Assembly (NCBI RefSeq): GCF_035084215.1 | Contig: NC_090363.1 | Coordinates: forward strand, 9,424,001 to 9,488,000 | Reading direction: 5' to 3' | Origin: Heptranchias perlo | Taxonomy: Eukaryota | DNA: 64,000 nucleotides | In this document: piece after piece, positions 61,660 through 64,000 of the stretch | How positions within the stretch are numbered: the first letter of the stretch is position 1 | How the letters are laid out: the number at the start of each line of letters is the position of its first letter | Notes under the pieces: model-generated | What the model was told of the DNA's origin: nothing | Seen by the model: only the letters and a program-made list of their open reading frames with translations | The model's database searches: none | Made by a program: the position numbers and the translations under genes

Positions 61660-63710
61660 CGGAATTAGTAAAGAAATTAAGGATAGTATCCGACTAAAAA
61701 CAAGGACATATAAGGTAGCCAAACTTAGTGGGAGGATAGAAGATTGGGAAGTCTTCAAAAGACAGCAAAAAGTAACTAAAGGATTGATTGATTAAGAAAG
61801 GGAAGATAGATTATGAAAATAAATTAGCAAAAAATATAAAAACAGATAGCAAGAGTTTCTACAGTTATATAAAAAGAAAAAGGGTGGCTAAGGCAAATGT
61901 AGGTCCCTTAGAGGATGAGACCGGGAAATTAATGGTGGGAAACATGGAGATGGCAAAATTGCTGAACAAATATTTTGTTTCAGTCTTTACGGTAGAGGAC
62001 ACTAAGAATATCCCAACACTGGACAAACGGGGGGCTCTAGGGGGGGGGGGGAGGAGCTAAATACAATTAAAATCACTAAGGAATTGGTACTCAGTAAATT
62101 AATGGGACTCAAGGCAGATAAATCCCCTGGACCGAATGGCTTACATCCTAGGGTCTTGAGGGAAGTGGCAGTAGGGATTGTGGATGCTTTGGTAATAAAT
62201 TTCCAAAATTCTCTGGACTCGGCAAAGGTCCCGGCAGATTGGAAAACTGCTAATGTAACACTCTTATTTAAAAAGGGTAGTAGGCAGAAGGCTGGAAATT
62301 ATAGACCAGTTAGCCTAACATCTGTGGTGGGTAAAATTTTGGAGTCTATTAATAAGGAGACAGTAGCGGAACATTTGGATAAACATAATTTAATAGGACA
62401 AAGTCAGCATGGCTTTACGAAGGGGACGTCATGTCTGACAAATTTGCTTGAGTTCTTTGAGGACATAACGTACAGGGTGGATAAAGGGGAACCACTGGAC
62501 GTAGTGTATTTAGACTTCCAGAAGGCATTCGACAAGGTGCCACAAAAAAGATTAGTGCTCAAGATAAAGAATCACTGGATTGGGGGTAATATTCTGGCAT
62601 GGGTAGAGGATTGGTTATCTAACAGGAAGCAGAGAGTTGGGAATAAATGGTTCATTCTCTGACTGGCAACCAGTAGCCAGTGGTGTTCCGCAGGGGTCGG
62701 TGCTGGGTCCCCAACTCTTTACAATCTATATTAACGATCTGGAGGAGGGGACCGAGTGTAACATATCAAAGTTTGCAGATGATACAAAGATGGGAGGGAA
62801 AGTAGAGAGTGAGGAGGACATAAAAAACCTACAAGGGGATATAGACAGGCTGGGTGAGTAGGCGGAGATTTGGCAGATGCAATACAATATTGGAAAATGT
62901 GAGGTTATGCACTTTGGCAGGAAAAATCAGACAGCAAGTTATTATCTTAATGGCGAGAAACTGGAAAGTACTGCAGTACAAAGGGATCTGGGGGTCCTAG
63001 TGCAAGAAAATCAAAAAGTTAGTATGCAGGTGCGCAGGTGATCAAGAAGGCCAACGGAATGTTGGCTTTTATTGCTAGGGGGATAGAATATAAAAACAGG
63101 GAGGTATTGCTGCAGTTAAATAAGGTATTGGTGAGACCACACCTGGAATACTGCATACAGTTTTGGTGTCCATACTTAAGAAAAGACATACTTGCTCTCG
63201 AGGCAGTACAAAGAAGGTTCACTCGGTTAATCCCGGGGATGAGGGAGCGAACATATGAGGAGAGGTTGAGTAGATTGGGACTCTACTCATTGGAGTTCAG
63301 AAGAATGAGAGGCGATCTTATTGAAACATATAAGATTGTGAAGGGGCTTGATCGGGTGGATGCGGTAAGGATGTTCCCAAGGATGGGTGAAACTAGAACT
63401 AGGGGGCATAATCTTAGAATAAGGGGCTGCTCTTTCAAAACTGAGATGAGGAGAAACTTCTTCACTCAGAGGGTAGTGGGTCTGTGGAATTTGCTGCCCC
63501 AGGAAGCTGTGGAAGCTACATCATTAAATAAATTTAAAACAGAAATGGACAGTTTCCTAGAAGTAAAGGGAATTAGGGGTTACGGGGAGCGGGCAGGAAA
63601 TTGGACATGAATTTAGATTTGAGGTTAGGATCAGATCAGCAATGATCTTATTGAATGGCGGAGCAGGCTCAAGGGGCCGATTGGCCTACTCCTACTCCTA
63701 TTTCTTATGC
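61660..63710 (+). mobile_element. Young CR1 LINE subfamily B, 5'-truncated, with frameshifts and a stop
   Basis: ORFs 61788, 62084, 62637 and 63038; near-identical to 16825-18549 in the opposite orientation. Confidence 0.92.
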
Positions 63711-64000
63711 AATTAAAACTAACAGAATGTTGATCACATTGAAGTGACAATTAACAGACCTTGGGAAAAATCACAGGCTTGAGGGAGGATGGGCTGTAAT
63801 GATCAGGGAGTCACCCAGGCTCAGGCCACTATCTCGAGCCCCTGCAAGCTAGTGAATAGAAGTCGTATTATACAAACGGTGTCCTGTGAAGGCTGGCAAT
63901 GTAACTCTAAGATAAGGTACCGTTAGGAACATAGGAACAGGAGTAGGCCATTCAGCCCCTCGTGCCTGCTCCGCCATTTGATAAGATCATGGCTGATCTG

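Overview
Vertebrate genomic DNA, most likely from a cartilaginous fish (inferred from its CR1, L2, Deu-domain SINE, Harbinger and Penelope repeat content). The window is mostly transposable elements with two + strand intron-containing genes threaded through them. (1) The 3' end of an immune-receptor-like gene: TM exon 1040-1141, juxtamembrane exon 2253-2308, terminal exon 14039-14173. It has an Arg at the start of the TM, a YxxM motif and an ITSM-like motif with Y replaced by F. (2) A complete 11-exon gene (23586-61452) reconstructed by hand; most of its exons are absent from the ORF track. It encodes a signal peptide, two tandem-duplicated disulfide-less CD2/SLAM/CEA-type IgV exons, one IgC2 exon, five consecutive phase-1 exons that each encode one transmembrane helix, and a cytoplasmic tail (563 aa with both V exons, 461 aa with one). 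This Ig + 5TM design resembles CD47 but carries a V-(V)-C2 ectodomain, and it is the main finding. Also seen: Penelope-derived foldback elements with minimal hammerhead ribozyme cores, an in-frame chimeric CR1 RT ORF, a 2287-bp near-perfect tandem repeat in an intron, and a 37-bp coding repeat read in all three frames. Gene models rest on sequence reading only, with no transcript or database evidence. Boundaries of old repeats are approximate.
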